A DNA stretch of 64,000 nucleotides from Thermoplasmatales archaeon SW_10_69_26 (GCA_003009755.1 PXUB01000029.1:3164-67163); one strand, 5' to 3'. Positions 10,079-19,016 are shown, counted from the first letter of the stretch. The notes: generated by a model not told the origin, from the letters alone. A program made the numbers and translations.

Positions 10079-10840
10079 GTGTTGGGGAACAGGCAGGCAA
10101 CGGTTAGCGTCAGCATCGTGTTGATCGTCAGCCTCTTCGCCACCGGCGGGGCCCTCGCCGAGGAGATCGAGGACCCGACGGGGACCGCCTGCGTCGGCGT
10201 GGAGGACGAGGCCGAGTGCGAGCAGCTCGCCGTCGCCAGCGACGGCGACGCGGAGAGCGACGTCCTCGCGGTCAGCGGGACCGGCGACGCCGACGCCGTC
10301 TTCGTCGCCGGCACGGGAACGGGCGACGCCGACGGCAGCGCGGTGGGCCTCAGCGGCACCGGGAACGCCACCGCCGTCTTCCTGGCAGCGAGCGGGACCG
10401 GCGACGCCGAGACCGAACGCCTGCGCATCGCGGCCGTCAGCGGCACCGGCAGCACCTCCGCCGAGGTCGTCGAGGTCAACGGCATGAACGACGCCGACGG
10501 CTGCGTCGCCGTCAGCGGGACCGGCAACGCGGACGCCGACTGCGGGTCCCCGGCTGGCCCGGCCGCCGTCAGCGGCTGCGAGAACGGTCAAGAGATCGAC
10601 CGCTCGGAGGCCTGCCGCGACCCCGACGAGCGCGTCGAGGCCGCGAACGCCGCCGCCTGCGACGCCGAGCTGGCCACCGCCGACGGCGACGGCCACGCCT
10701 GGTGCGGCGTCCAGATCGGCGGCTGCGTGCAGGTCATCTACGGCGCCGCCGCCGGCCCGGTCTTCGTCGGCGGGTACAACGGCTGCCAGGTCGGCGTCTT
10801 CTACGACGACAACGGCCACGACGACGCGCCGCTGCCGTGA
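10079..10840 (+). CDS. Secreted acidic protein with (A/L)VSGTGxA repeats and Cys-rich ends
   Basis: GTG 10079 about 25 nt after GTTGAAGAA; signal peptide ending GGALA; about 8 SGTG repeats. Confidence 0.75.
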   Translation: MLGNRQATVSVSIVLIVSLFATGGALAEEIEDPTGTACVGVEDEAECEQLAVASDGDAESDVLAVSGTGDADAVFVAGTGTGDADGSAVGLSGTGNATAVFLAASGTGDAETERLRIAAVSGTGSTSAEVVEVNGMNDADGCVAVSGTGNADADCGSPAGPAAVSGCENGQEIDRSEACRDPDERVEAANAAACDAELATADGDGHAWCGVQIGGCVQVIYGAAAGPVFVGGYNGCQVGVFYDDNGHDDAPLP

Positions 10841-10893
10841 GGCGGTCACACCGAACCGGTGAGCTTTTAGCCCGCGCAGGGCCTCCCCCGGCC

Positions 10894-11166
10894 ATGGCCA
10901 TGGGACGCCTCCTGCGCGGCCTCACCGGGCTCGTCGCCTCCTCCGTCGTGCTCATCCTGCTCGGTCTCGTCTACTTCATCGTGACCGCCTGGATCGTCTC
11001 CTTCGGCGTCGAGACGGTGATGGGCGCCACGCCCTCGGCCGATTTCGTCGCGCTGTCCGCCGCGCTGTTGTCGCTGGGCAGCCTCGCCGGCTCCAGCTAC
11101 TCGATGGGTGACCTCGGCTCCCAGGAGGCCGAGACGGACCGCTACGGGACCAGCGAGGTCGCCTGA
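10894..11166 (+). CDS. Small membrane protein (2 TM)
   Basis: ATG 10894/10900 after CTTTTAG; two hydrophobic helices. Confidence 0.75.
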   Translation: MAMGRLLRGLTGLVASSVVLILLGLVYFIVTAWIVSFGVETVMGATPSADFVALSAALLSLGSLAGSSYSMGDLGSQEAETDRYGTSEVA

Positions 11167-11307
11167 GGGACAGCCTCGATCTCGGGACCGGCGTGGCCGG
11201 GCCGTGAACCAGGCCAAGCTGGGCCTGATCGTCGCCTTCGTGCTGGCCGCGCCCGTGACCGGGTGCGCCCAGGAGGCCGGCAAACCAGTCCGGCGGCCTC
11301 GGCCCGC

Positions 11308-11667
11308 TCAGAACGTCAGCGTCTCGTCGTTGCGCTTGGCCTGGGAGACGAGGTCGCCGGCGCCGCCGAACTCGGCCCAGTCGACGAGGTCGGCCTCCTC
11401 GATGCCGCGCGCGCCGGCGCACGGCTCGCAGACGATCGCGCTGCGGATCGCATCGTTCTCGCGGAGCGCGTCGAGCACCTCGGCCACCGGGGGCAGGCCG
11501 GGCGCCGTCAGCTCGCCCAGCTCGGCGCGCTCGGTGCCGAGGTAGGTCGCCTCCTGCATGAGGAACAGGTCCACCTGCTCGCCGTGACCCATCGCGCCCT
11601 TCGAGGCCACGAACGGGAGCACCGCTTTCGTCGCGTTGTCGGGACCGATGGTGGAGATGACGTGCAT
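11308..11667 (-). CDS. DsrE/DsrF-like family protein
   Basis: LPF..KGA...GEQVDLFLMQEATYL...VCEPCA.ARG motif. Confidence 0.88.
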   Translation of the reverse strand: MHVISTIGPDNATKAVLPFVASKGAMGHGEQVDLFLMQEATYLGTERAELGELTAPGLPPVAEVLDALRENDAIRSAIVCEPCAGARGIEEADLVDWAEFGGAGDLVSQAKRNDETLTF

Positions 11668-11880
11668 GGGATCGGCGACCGAAGGCGCGGGCGGCCTAAA
11701 CGGTTGAGGGTGGGACCGTCGGTCCCGCGGTCACTGCGATGGGAACATCGAGCCCGGTCGACGGGTATCCAGCTATCGACGCCGGTGATCGCGCATGCAC
11801 GGCCGCATCGCGTTCCCGTCTCACTGCGATGCGAGCATCGAGGCTAGCGGTATCCCCAAGCCTAGCGATGCTCGCAATTC

Positions 11881-11974
11881 GGACGGGCTCGGCGGTTTCT
11901 GTGGTCGCCCGTCCTCTCGCCAGAGACCGCGTTCCCCGTCCCCGAGATCCCCGATGGCGGGCGGTCTCTGGCGA
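11881..11974 (+). repeat. 94 bp two-hairpin repeat, family D, copy 2
   Basis: Same arm and loop lengths as 3605-3698; identical 14 bp arms. Confidence 0.85.
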
Positions 11975-12044
11975 TTCGTACGAACGCCTCGCCTGACGGC
12001 TCGCCGTTCGTACTCTCGGCGTGAAGTACCTCGAACGCTGCGGT

Positions 12045-12347
12045 CTACCCTTCTCGGTACTTCACGCCGAACCCACCACGAGGATGGTTCCAGTCGACGC
12101 TGCCGGGGGTGCACACGATGTCGCAGGTGCCGCACTCCACGCAGTCCTCGTACTGGAACGTCATCTTGCCGTCGACGAGCGTGAAGCAGTTCACCGGGCA
12201 CGAGTACATGCACATCCGGTGGGTGCACGTCTCGCAGATCTCGGGATCGATCGAGATGTGGGCGTGCTCCTCGTCGTCGAAGTTGTAGCTGGTCGCCCCC
12301 AGGCGTGCCTTGATGTCGAACTTCTCGTCGGTTAGTTGCTGGCTCAT
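12045..12347 (-). CDS. fixX: FixX-type ferredoxin
   Basis: CETC...CMYSCPVNCF and YEDCVECGTC...HPRGGFGV.YR.G; overlaps the fixC stop. Confidence 0.9.
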   Translation of the reverse strand: MSQQLTDEKFDIKARLGATSYNFDDEEHAHISIDPEICETCTHRMCMYSCPVNCFTLVDGKMTFQYEDCVECGTCDIVCTPGSVDWNHPRGGFGVKYREG

Positions 12348-13651
12348 AGGTTCTTCCCCGCGTTCAAGGCGTCCTTGATCATCGTGAGCGGGCTCACGCC
12401 CTTCTCCTTCATCTGGTTGCGAACGACGTCCCGGGTCTTCTCCTTCGGCGTCTCATCCTGTGTGAACATTTCGGTGAACACCCCTTCCACTAATTCGGGG
12501 TACAGGTGGTGGATGCGTTGGTTCCAGACGACCTCCTCCATGTCGGAGAACCGCTGGAAGTCCTTCCAGATGTAGGACTGCTGCAGACGCCGCTTGTACT
12601 CCTGCATCGTCTTGCTGGAGAAGTCGCCGCGCTCCTTGGCATCGAGCACCGTCTCGGCGGCCCGGATGCCGGACCCGACGGCGTAGTTCATGCCCTGGAT
12701 GACCATGCCGTTCGAGAAACAGAAGCCGGCCGCGTCGCCGACGAGCATCCAGCCGTCGCCGTGGCGCTTGTCGACGTAGTCGAGCCCGCCCTCGGGGATC
12801 AGGTGGGCCCCGTACTCGATCAGCTCGCCGCCCTCCAACAGCGGCTCGATCGAGGGGTGCAGCCGGAACTCCTCCATGATGTCGTGGCTGACCTTCTCCT
12901 GGTTCCACAGGCTCTCGACGCGGACGACCACGCCCAGGGAGATCGACTCCTTGTTCGTGTACAGGAAGCCGCCGGCCATGACGTCGCCCTCGGTCCAGCC
13001 GCACACGTACTCGTGGGCGACGCCGGAGCTCCCGTCGACGTTGAACCGCTCGTCGATCGTGTCCTCGCCGAGCTCGACGATCTCCTTGATGCCGAGCGCG
13101 GCGTTCTCGATCGGGATCTTGTCGTCGGTCTCCTCGCGGAGCCCCATGTCGATGGACAGACGCGAGTTCGCGCCGTCGGCGATGACGACCGCGTTCGCGC
13201 GGATCGTCTCGCCGGCCTGCTCGACGCCGACCGCCTTGCCGTCCTCGAAGACGACGGACTCGACGTTCACGCCCTCGACGACCATGCCGCCTTGCTCCTC
13301 GACCTTCCCGGCGAACCAGGGATCGGTCTTGGCGCGCAGCACGATCCAGCCGGGGTGCGGGGGTTCACGCCATTCCCCCCGATCGAAGTTCACACCGAAG
13401 TCCGAGCCCTCGGTCAACATGTGCACGCCCTTGCGGGTGACCGGGCGCTCCACGGGTGCCTCCTTGTACCAGTCCTCGCCGACCAGGTCGTCGAGCTCGT
13501 GGCCCCAGATGACCCCTCCGGAGAGGTTCTTGGAGCCGATCGGTTTGCCCCGGTCGACGAGGAGGACGCTGGCCCCCTTCTCGGCCAGCCGGTAGGCGGC
13601 CGCGCAACCGCCCATGCCGGCGCCGACGACGATCGCGTCGAAATCGTCCAT
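12344..13651 (-). CDS. fixC: FixC-like FAD-dependent ETF:quinone oxidoreductase
   Basis: DAIVVGAG..G, GSKNLSGG, EYGAHLIPEGG, GDAAG, QGMNYA; coupled to fixX. Confidence 0.9.
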   Translation of the reverse strand: MDDFDAIVVGAGMGGCAAAYRLAEKGASVLLVDRGKPIGSKNLSGGVIWGHELDDLVGEDWYKEAPVERPVTRKGVHMLTEGSDFGVNFDRGEWREPPHPGWIVLRAKTDPWFAGKVEEQGGMVVEGVNVESVVFEDGKAVGVEQAGETIRANAVVIADGANSRLSIDMGLREETDDKIPIENAALGIKEIVELGEDTIDERFNVDGSSGVAHEYVCGWTEGDVMAGGFLYTNKESISLGVVVRVESLWNQEKVSHDIMEEFRLHPSIEPLLEGGELIEYGAHLIPEGGLDYVDKRHGDGWMLVGDAAGFCFSNGMVIQGMNYAVGSGIRAAETVLDAKERGDFSSKTMQEYKRRLQQSYIWKDFQRFSDMEEVVWNQRIHHLYPELVEGVFTEMFTQDETPKEKTRDVVRNQMKEKGVSPLTMIKDALNAGKNL

Positions 13652-13689
13652 CGTGTGCCTCTACGTGGCTCGGTCATTTCAGTACTGCG

Positions 13690-14034
13690 CTGGGGAGCAC
13701 CTGCGCGGTCCCCGTTCGGCCCAGCCTCTGCCGGGCCGTGCCCCCAACCCGGCTCGGCCGCCGACCTCGAGCAACCGGTCGGTCCGGCCGACCTTGACGC
13801 CCTCCTGCCAGATCGCCTCGACCGCGGCCTCGTGGTGGGCCCGGAACCGGTCTGGACCCCGCCGGCGAGCGTGCTCCCCGCCGACCAGGATGCGGCGCGT
13901 GTTCGGGGACCGGCGGCCCGTAGAAGGTCTCCCCCAGCTCCTCGGCGAGCCGACCGGTTGCCCACCCAGCTCCAGGCACGGTTGTCATCGAAGAAGACGT
14001 ACATCCGAGGCGAGGGGGTCACGGTAACCCACAT
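13690..14034 (-). pseudogene. Frameshifted DsbA/FrnE-family remnant
   Basis: One frame gives YVFFDDNRAWSWVG (degenerate FFD..CPWSW.G). Another gives NTRRILVGGEHARRRGPDRFRAHHEAAVEAIWQEGVKVGRTDRLLEVGGRAGL. Confidence 0.5.
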
Positions 14035-14112
14035 CTGCGCCGAAGGCCTCGAACACCGGGTGAGGTCGCGGCAACCGGGACCCTGAAGTCCCACCCTGCC
14101 TTCGCCGGCACG

Positions 14113-14637
14113 ATGACCTCCCAGGCCTCCGAGGACGGCCGAGCCCTCGCCCTGGCCGTCGTGTTCGGCCTGCTGTCCGTGCCCTGGACGTTCGGTTTCG
14201 AGCTCGTCCCCGGGCTGCCGCTGTGGCCCGCGTTCGTGGCCTCGGCCAGCGTCTTCGCCGCCGGCGGCGGTGCCGACGGGTTCGCCCGCAGCCTCACGAA
14301 CAACGCGCTCGGCGCTGGCTACGCTGCGGCCACGCTGCTCGTCGTCGCTTGGGCCGGTGCCGGCATCGGCGGGCTCAGCCTCGCCGTGGGCGCGTTCATG
14401 TTCCTCGCCAGCCTGCACGCGCTCGTCGACGCGCTGTCGTTCACGCCGGCCGTGTTCCTCGGCTACGCCTCGCTGTTCGGCGTGGACGCCGGGATCTACG
14501 GTCTCGTGTGGGCCGGGCTGGCCGGGACGCTGACGGCCGCCCTGGCTGCGATGGCGATCGGGGCCGGGCTCGGGTGGCTAGCCGAGACGCTCGCTGACCG
14601 GCTGGCCGCCCTTACAACACCAGGTCGTCGAACGTGA
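14113..14637 (+). CDS. DUF1097-like membrane protein
   Basis: WPAFVA.ASVFAAGG, TP..FLGYA..F pattern; multi-TM. Confidence 0.75.
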   Translation: MTSQASEDGRALALAVVFGLLSVPWTFGFELVPGLPLWPAFVASASVFAAGGGADGFARSLTNNALGAGYAAATLLVVAWAGAGIGGLSLAVGAFMFLASLHALVDALSFTPAVFLGYASLFGVDAGIYGLVWAGLAGTLTAALAAMAIGAGLGWLAETLADRLAALTTPGRRT

Positions 14638-15193
14638 GTCCGATCGCGCCCTGCTCGAGCAGGTGCGCGATCGCCTGCTCGCCGTCGTCGGGGTCGACCG
14701 GCTTGAACGCGTCCATCAGCAGGAACACGTCGTAGCCGTGGTCGAGGGCGTCCTGGGCCGTGTTCTTCACGCAGTACTCGGTCGTGAGGCCACCGACGAA
14801 CACGCGCTCGACGTCGTTGTCCTGCAGGAAGGCGTCCAGATCCGGACCGCCCTCGAACGCGCTGTAGTCCTCCTCGTCGGCGTCTCGGCCCTTCTTGACG
14901 TGGTGGGTGTCGGCGGGCAGCTCGAGATCGGGGTGGTACTCGGCTCCCTGGGACCCCTGCAGGCAGTGCGGGGGCCAGGGGCCGCCCTCGCCCTCGAAGG
15001 ACATGTGATCCTCCGGATGCCAGTCCCGGGAGGCGGCGATCGGCAGCTCGGCCCGGTGGAAGTGCGTGATGTACTCGTTCAGCGGCGGAACGACCTTGTC
15101 CCCGTCCGGCGCGGCCAAGGCTCCGCCGGGCGTGAAGTCGCTTTGCACGTCCACGACGATCAGCGCGTCACCGCCGGTGATGGAGGCGCGCAT
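14612..15193 (-). CDS. pncA: Nicotinamidase/pyrazinamidase (isochorismatase family)
   Basis: ALIVVDVQSDF.PGGAL, DWHP..H, WPPHC, GLTTEYCV. Confidence 0.93.
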   Translation of the reverse strand: MRASITGGDALIVVDVQSDFTPGGALAAPDGDKVVPPLNEYITHFHRAELPIAASRDWHPEDHMSFEGEGGPWPPHCLQGSQGAEYHPDLELPADTHHVKKGRDADEEDYSAFEGGPDLDAFLQDNDVERVFVGGLTTEYCVKNTAQDALDHGYDVFLLMDAFKPVDPDDGEQAIAHLLEQGAIGLTFDDLVL

Positions 15194-15228
15194 CGGAGGT
15201 CACCACCCGTGCTAGGGGGGTCGCAGGG

Positions 15229-15465
15229 CTAAATAGCCTGCGCCGACCGCTGGCGACGCCACGCCCGCGCCTCGCGGACCCCGCCACCGAACAGCAGGCT
15301 GAACGCGATCGGCGGGACCAGCGTCGCCGCGGCCAGCTGGCCGCGCAGGAGCCGAGCGACCGCAGCCGGCACCGTCCACACGAGGAACGCCGCGAGGACG
15401 AACAAGCCCCCCGCTGCCAACCCGTGCAGGTGAGCCCGCCGACGGTCGATGGCCGGATCGGTCAC
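15229..15465 (-). CDS. Small membrane protein (2 TM)
   Basis: GTG 15465; two hydrophobic helices and a basic tail. Confidence 0.6.
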   Translation of the reverse strand: MTDPAIDRRRAHLHGLAAGGLFVLAAFLVWTVPAAVARLLRGQLAAATLVPPIAFSLLFGGGVREARAWRRQRSAQAI

Positions 15466-15572
15466 GCTATCCAGATGACCGCGACAGCACTTCAACCCCT
15501 CGCCGTCCCCCCAAGGCCCCACCTGGCCCACGTGGTGAACGCCTCGACCGCGGCTTGGCTCTCCCGGCCCGG

Positions 15573-15736
15573 CTGTCTGGTTAAGCAGGGGCCGCGGAGG
15601 ACACGAGGGATCGCCAAGGCCACGAAGGGCCTGTGCACTCGCCGCCGGGCGGCGTTGTCACGGCAGCTGCTCCCCGTTGTGCCCTGGCGTCCCTTCGCGT
15701 ACTTGGTGGTCCCCCCCCCGTTTCTTATCCTTACAG
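15573..15736 (+). mobile_element. MITE-like element, family B, copy 1
   Basis: About 93% identical (my alignment: 9 substitutions, 3 indel nt) to the reverse complement of 50355-50515; imperfect terminal IR CTGTCTGGTTAAG/CTGTAAGGATAAG (10/13); no ORF. Confidence 0.75.
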
Positions 15737-15798
15737 CGCGGCTCCCCCGGGACCCACACTTGAAGTACGAGGCTGACCCATCCCAGGACGGGCCCGAG

Positions 15799-17055
15799 GT
15801 GGACGACCTGCTCGATGCCGAGCTCGTGGACGCGATCCGCAAGGACTTCCCCATCCTGGATCGGAAGATGAGGGAGGACCAGCGGCTCGTCTACCTCGAC
15901 AACGCAGCGACCTCGCAACGCCCCACGCAGGTCGTCGAGGCGATGCGCCGCTACCAGCAGGAGTCCAACGCCAACGTCCACCGCGGGATCCACCAGCTCG
16001 CCGAGGAGGCCACCGAGACCTACGAGCAGGCCCACGCGGACGTCGCCGCGTTCGTCGGCGCCGAGGGCATGGAGTGCGTGGCGTTCACGAAGAACACGAC
16101 CGAGGCGATCAACCTCGTCGCGCAGGGATGGGGTCTCACCAACCTGGAGCCCGAGGACGCGATCCTCGTCACCGAGCTCGAGCACCACGCCAACCTGGTG
16201 CCCTGGCAACAGGTCGCCGACCGCACCGGCGCCGAGCTGCGCCACGTGGCCCTCACCGACGACGGCCGCTTGGACCGGGCCTCGTTCCACGACCAGCTCG
16301 ACGAGGACGTGGCCCTGCTCGCCGTCAGCCAGGTCAGCAACGTGCTCGGCACCGTGAACCCGGTCGAGGCGATGACCGAGGCCGCCCACGACGTGGACGC
16401 CCGCGTGCTCGTCGACGCCGCCCAATCCGTGCCCCACATGCCCGTCGACGTCGGCGAGATCGGCTGCGATTGGTTGACGTTCTCGGGCCACAAGATGTTG
16501 GGCCCGACCGGCATCGGTGTGCTCGCGGGGCGCCGCGAGGCGCTCGAGGAGACCGAGCCGCTGTTGTTCGGCGGCGAGATGATCCGCCGCGTCACCAAGG
16601 ACGAGGCCGAGTGGGCCGAGATGCCGTGGTGCTTCGAGGCCGGCACGCCCCCGATGACGGAAGCTGTGGGTCTCTCGCAAGCGATCGACTACGTGGAACG
16701 CATCGGCCGCGAGGCGATCCACGAGCACAGCCGCGAGCTGGCGGCCCGCTGCCAGCGACGCCTCGAGGAGGTCGGCTGCGAGGTCTACGGGCCCGCGCCC
16801 GAGCACCGCAGCGCGCTGGTGAGCTTCAACGTGCCCGGCATCCACCCGCACGATCTCGCCAGCATCATCGACGACGACGGGGTCGCGATCCGCGCCGGTC
16901 ACCACTGCGCGATGCCGCTGATGGACCACCTGGGCGTGGCGGCCACCGCCAGGGCCAGCTTCTACATCTATAACACGGAGGAGGACATTGACGTGCTCGT
17001 GAACGGGATCGAACGCGCCGAAGAGGTCATGAGCGTCGAGGAGGACGGCCGGTGA
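15799..17055 (+). CDS. sufS: SufS-type cysteine desulfurase
   Basis: YLDNAATSQRP, ANVHRG, FSGHKM.GPTG.G, RAGHHCA.P; GTG 15799. Confidence 0.96.
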   Translation: MDDLLDAELVDAIRKDFPILDRKMREDQRLVYLDNAATSQRPTQVVEAMRRYQQESNANVHRGIHQLAEEATETYEQAHADVAAFVGAEGMECVAFTKNTTEAINLVAQGWGLTNLEPEDAILVTELEHHANLVPWQQVADRTGAELRHVALTDDGRLDRASFHDQLDEDVALLAVSQVSNVLGTVNPVEAMTEAAHDVDARVLVDAAQSVPHMPVDVGEIGCDWLTFSGHKMLGPTGIGVLAGRREALEETEPLLFGGEMIRRVTKDEAEWAEMPWCFEAGTPPMTEAVGLSQAIDYVERIGREAIHEHSRELAARCQRRLEEVGCEVYGPAPEHRSALVSFNVPGIHPHDLASIIDDDGVAIRAGHHCAMPLMDHLGVAATARASFYIYNTEEDIDVLVNGIERAEEVMSVEEDGR

Positions 17056-17474
17056 GCGACAGCGGCTCTTCGATGTACCGTCAGGACATCCTCGAGCACT
17101 ACAAGAACCCGGACAACTTCGGGACGCTGGAACCTCACACGCTCGCGCACAACGGCGAGAACCCGCTTTGCGGGGACACGCTCGAGATCACGCTGAACCT
17201 CGGCGACGACGGTACGATCGAGGCCGCCCGCTTCGAGGGCCAAGGCTGCGCGATCTCGCAGGCCGCCACCGACATCCTGCTCGGCCGGATCGAGGAGATG
17301 GAGGCCGACGAAGTGCTCTCCATGGACGAGGACCAACTGCTCGACGTCCTCGGCATCGACGTCTCCCCGCTGCGCGTCAAGTGCGCCTGCCTGCCGCTCG
17401 TCACCGTGCAGGACGGCATCGAGATCCACCGCGGCACGATGGACCCGGTGGACGTCACCCGGACCGAGGATTGA
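17052..17474 (+). CDS. sufU: SufU/IscU Fe-S scaffold
   Basis: ILEHYKNP.NFG, NPLCGD, GCAISQA, RVKCA.L; GTGA overlap with sufS. Confidence 0.93.
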   Translation: MSDSGSSMYRQDILEHYKNPDNFGTLEPHTLAHNGENPLCGDTLEITLNLGDDGTIEAARFEGQGCAISQAATDILLGRIEEMEADEVLSMDEDQLLDVLGIDVSPLRVKCACLPLVTVQDGIEIHRGTMDPVDVTRTED

Positions 17475-17489
17475 GCGATCGCGATCGGC

Positions 17490-17529
17490 GCGGACCACAC
17501 AGAGCCACGGAAACACAGAGGCACAGAGG
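17490..17529 (+). repeat. CACAGAG periodic repeat, family C, copy 1
   Basis: GCGGACCACACAGAGCCACGGAAACACAGAGGCACAGAGG; 38/40 identical to the reverse complement of 18949-18988. Confidence 0.85.
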
Positions 17530-17940
17530 GAAACCCGATCGAGTCGTCTAGCTCGCTGGTCGTCCCACCCGTCATGCGGACGAGGGCCGTCATGGCGGCC
17601 AGGTCGGTCACGACCGAGCGGGCGAGCTCGTAGCCGTCGACCAAGTCGTCGGGAAACACGACGCCGACGCGGTCCTCGACGAAGGCCTGCTGGTCGGCGA
17701 TGAACTCCTCGATGCGGTCGTCGGTGAGGTCCTCGGTCGTGAACCCCATCCGGCCGCGCACGCGGTGGACGGTGGTGCGGAGGTCGCTCAGCGCCGGTGC
17801 CTCCCGCGGTGGGCTATCACGGGAGAGGAGTGGGCGGAGAGGGTGAAGAAGGATTCAGAACAGGAGAACCCCCGATTGGGAGCCTCGGCCCGAATTGCTG
17901 GGAAGGGGTTTAGAACGCGGCCGCCGCGTGTACCAAGCTG

Positions 17941-18588
17941 ATGATCAGACGGTTGGCTCTCGTCGCCATGCTCGTTTCGGTAGCGATGGGGGGATGCCTC
18001 ACCGAACCCGGCAACGTCCGCTGGTCCAACCGGATCGTCGATGGGGAGGGGGTATTCTCCCCGGGGGAAACGATGCGGTTCGAGGTGACGAACGACGTAT
18101 CTGGTCCGGGACAGTTCTCGTGGGATTTCGGTGACGGTAACGTTGCCACAGGGAGGACTGTCGAGCATACTTGGTCGAGCCCTGGAAGCTATCTGGTCAC
18201 CGTCGAATCTTGGATGGGCTCGTCCATGGCGAGGATCGGGGTCGCCAATGAGACCGAGATCAGTGGGTTCGCTCCACTATCTGGCGGCCATGCGTCCGGG
18301 ACGGTGAACAATTCATCGTCCCGCACGCTCGAACTGGATGAGCGGAACGAACGAACAGCAGCGAAGCTCGAATTCGATCGAGGTGGACCGACGAACCGCT
18401 ACGAAGGCCGTCTGGTCGCTCCGAACGGTTCGGTCGTCAAGGCGGCCTGCTGTCCTACTTCCGAGTTAACCGTGACTGTCGAACGACCTCTGCCGCCGGG
18501 CGAGTATGTGCTGGAGGTTGGGACCAGAGAGGGGGCCCCAAGTGATTACGCCGGACAGATCGAGATCCTTTACGAAAACCCGCCATGA
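17941..18588 (+). CDS. PKD-domain lipoprotein
   Basis: Lipobox MGGC; FSWDFGDGNVATGRTVEHTW..PGSY.VTV PKD motif; AT-richer codons than neighbours. Confidence 0.88.
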   Translation: MIRRLALVAMLVSVAMGGCLTEPGNVRWSNRIVDGEGVFSPGETMRFEVTNDVSGPGQFSWDFGDGNVATGRTVEHTWSSPGSYLVTVESWMGSSMARIGVANETEISGFAPLSGGHASGTVNNSSSRTLELDERNERTAAKLEFDRGGPTNRYEGRLVAPNGSVVKAACCPTSELTVTVERPLPPGEYVLEVGTREGAPSDYAGQIEILYENPP

Positions 18589-18948
18589 TTTCTTGAATCC
18601 ACGGCCGGCCGGATCAGGGGCTGGAGAAGATAAGAAAGGAAAGGAGGGGGAGGGCCGGCCCCCTCCCCGCGAAGCGTTGCTGCCGGAACGCTATGCGCAC
18701 ATACCGTTCACATCGTGGGCGCAGGGGTATTCTCCCGTGTTCCCGATCTCGTCGAACTCAAGGCCGCTATACTTATCGCCATCGCGCGAAAGGACAGTGT
18801 CGAGGTGGTAGGAGCGGTGATCGGCGTACCAGCCCCAGTCGACGTACCAGACGTCCCCGTCGGGTTTCGGGTCGCTCTCGACCTGAGGACATGCCGGCCG
18901 CCTACGCCTGCACTGAATCATGGATCTCTACGCCTCCCCAGCTCTGTG

Positions 18949-18988
18949 CCTCTGTGCCTCTGTGTCTCTGTGGCTCTGTGTGGTCCGC
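18949..18988 (-). repeat. CACAGAG periodic repeat, family C, copy 2
   Basis: Inverted copy of 17490-17529, with one extra unit upstream (18941-18948). Confidence 0.85.
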
Positions 18989-19016
18989 ACCCACACCGAG
19001 CCGCTCTGAGCCTTCT

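Noticed and set aside
12506-14086. 526 aa ORF labelled minus in the track
   Set aside because: The given translation actually reads on the plus strand (GTG 12506 to TGA 14086) and is the antisense shadow of fixC; not a gene.
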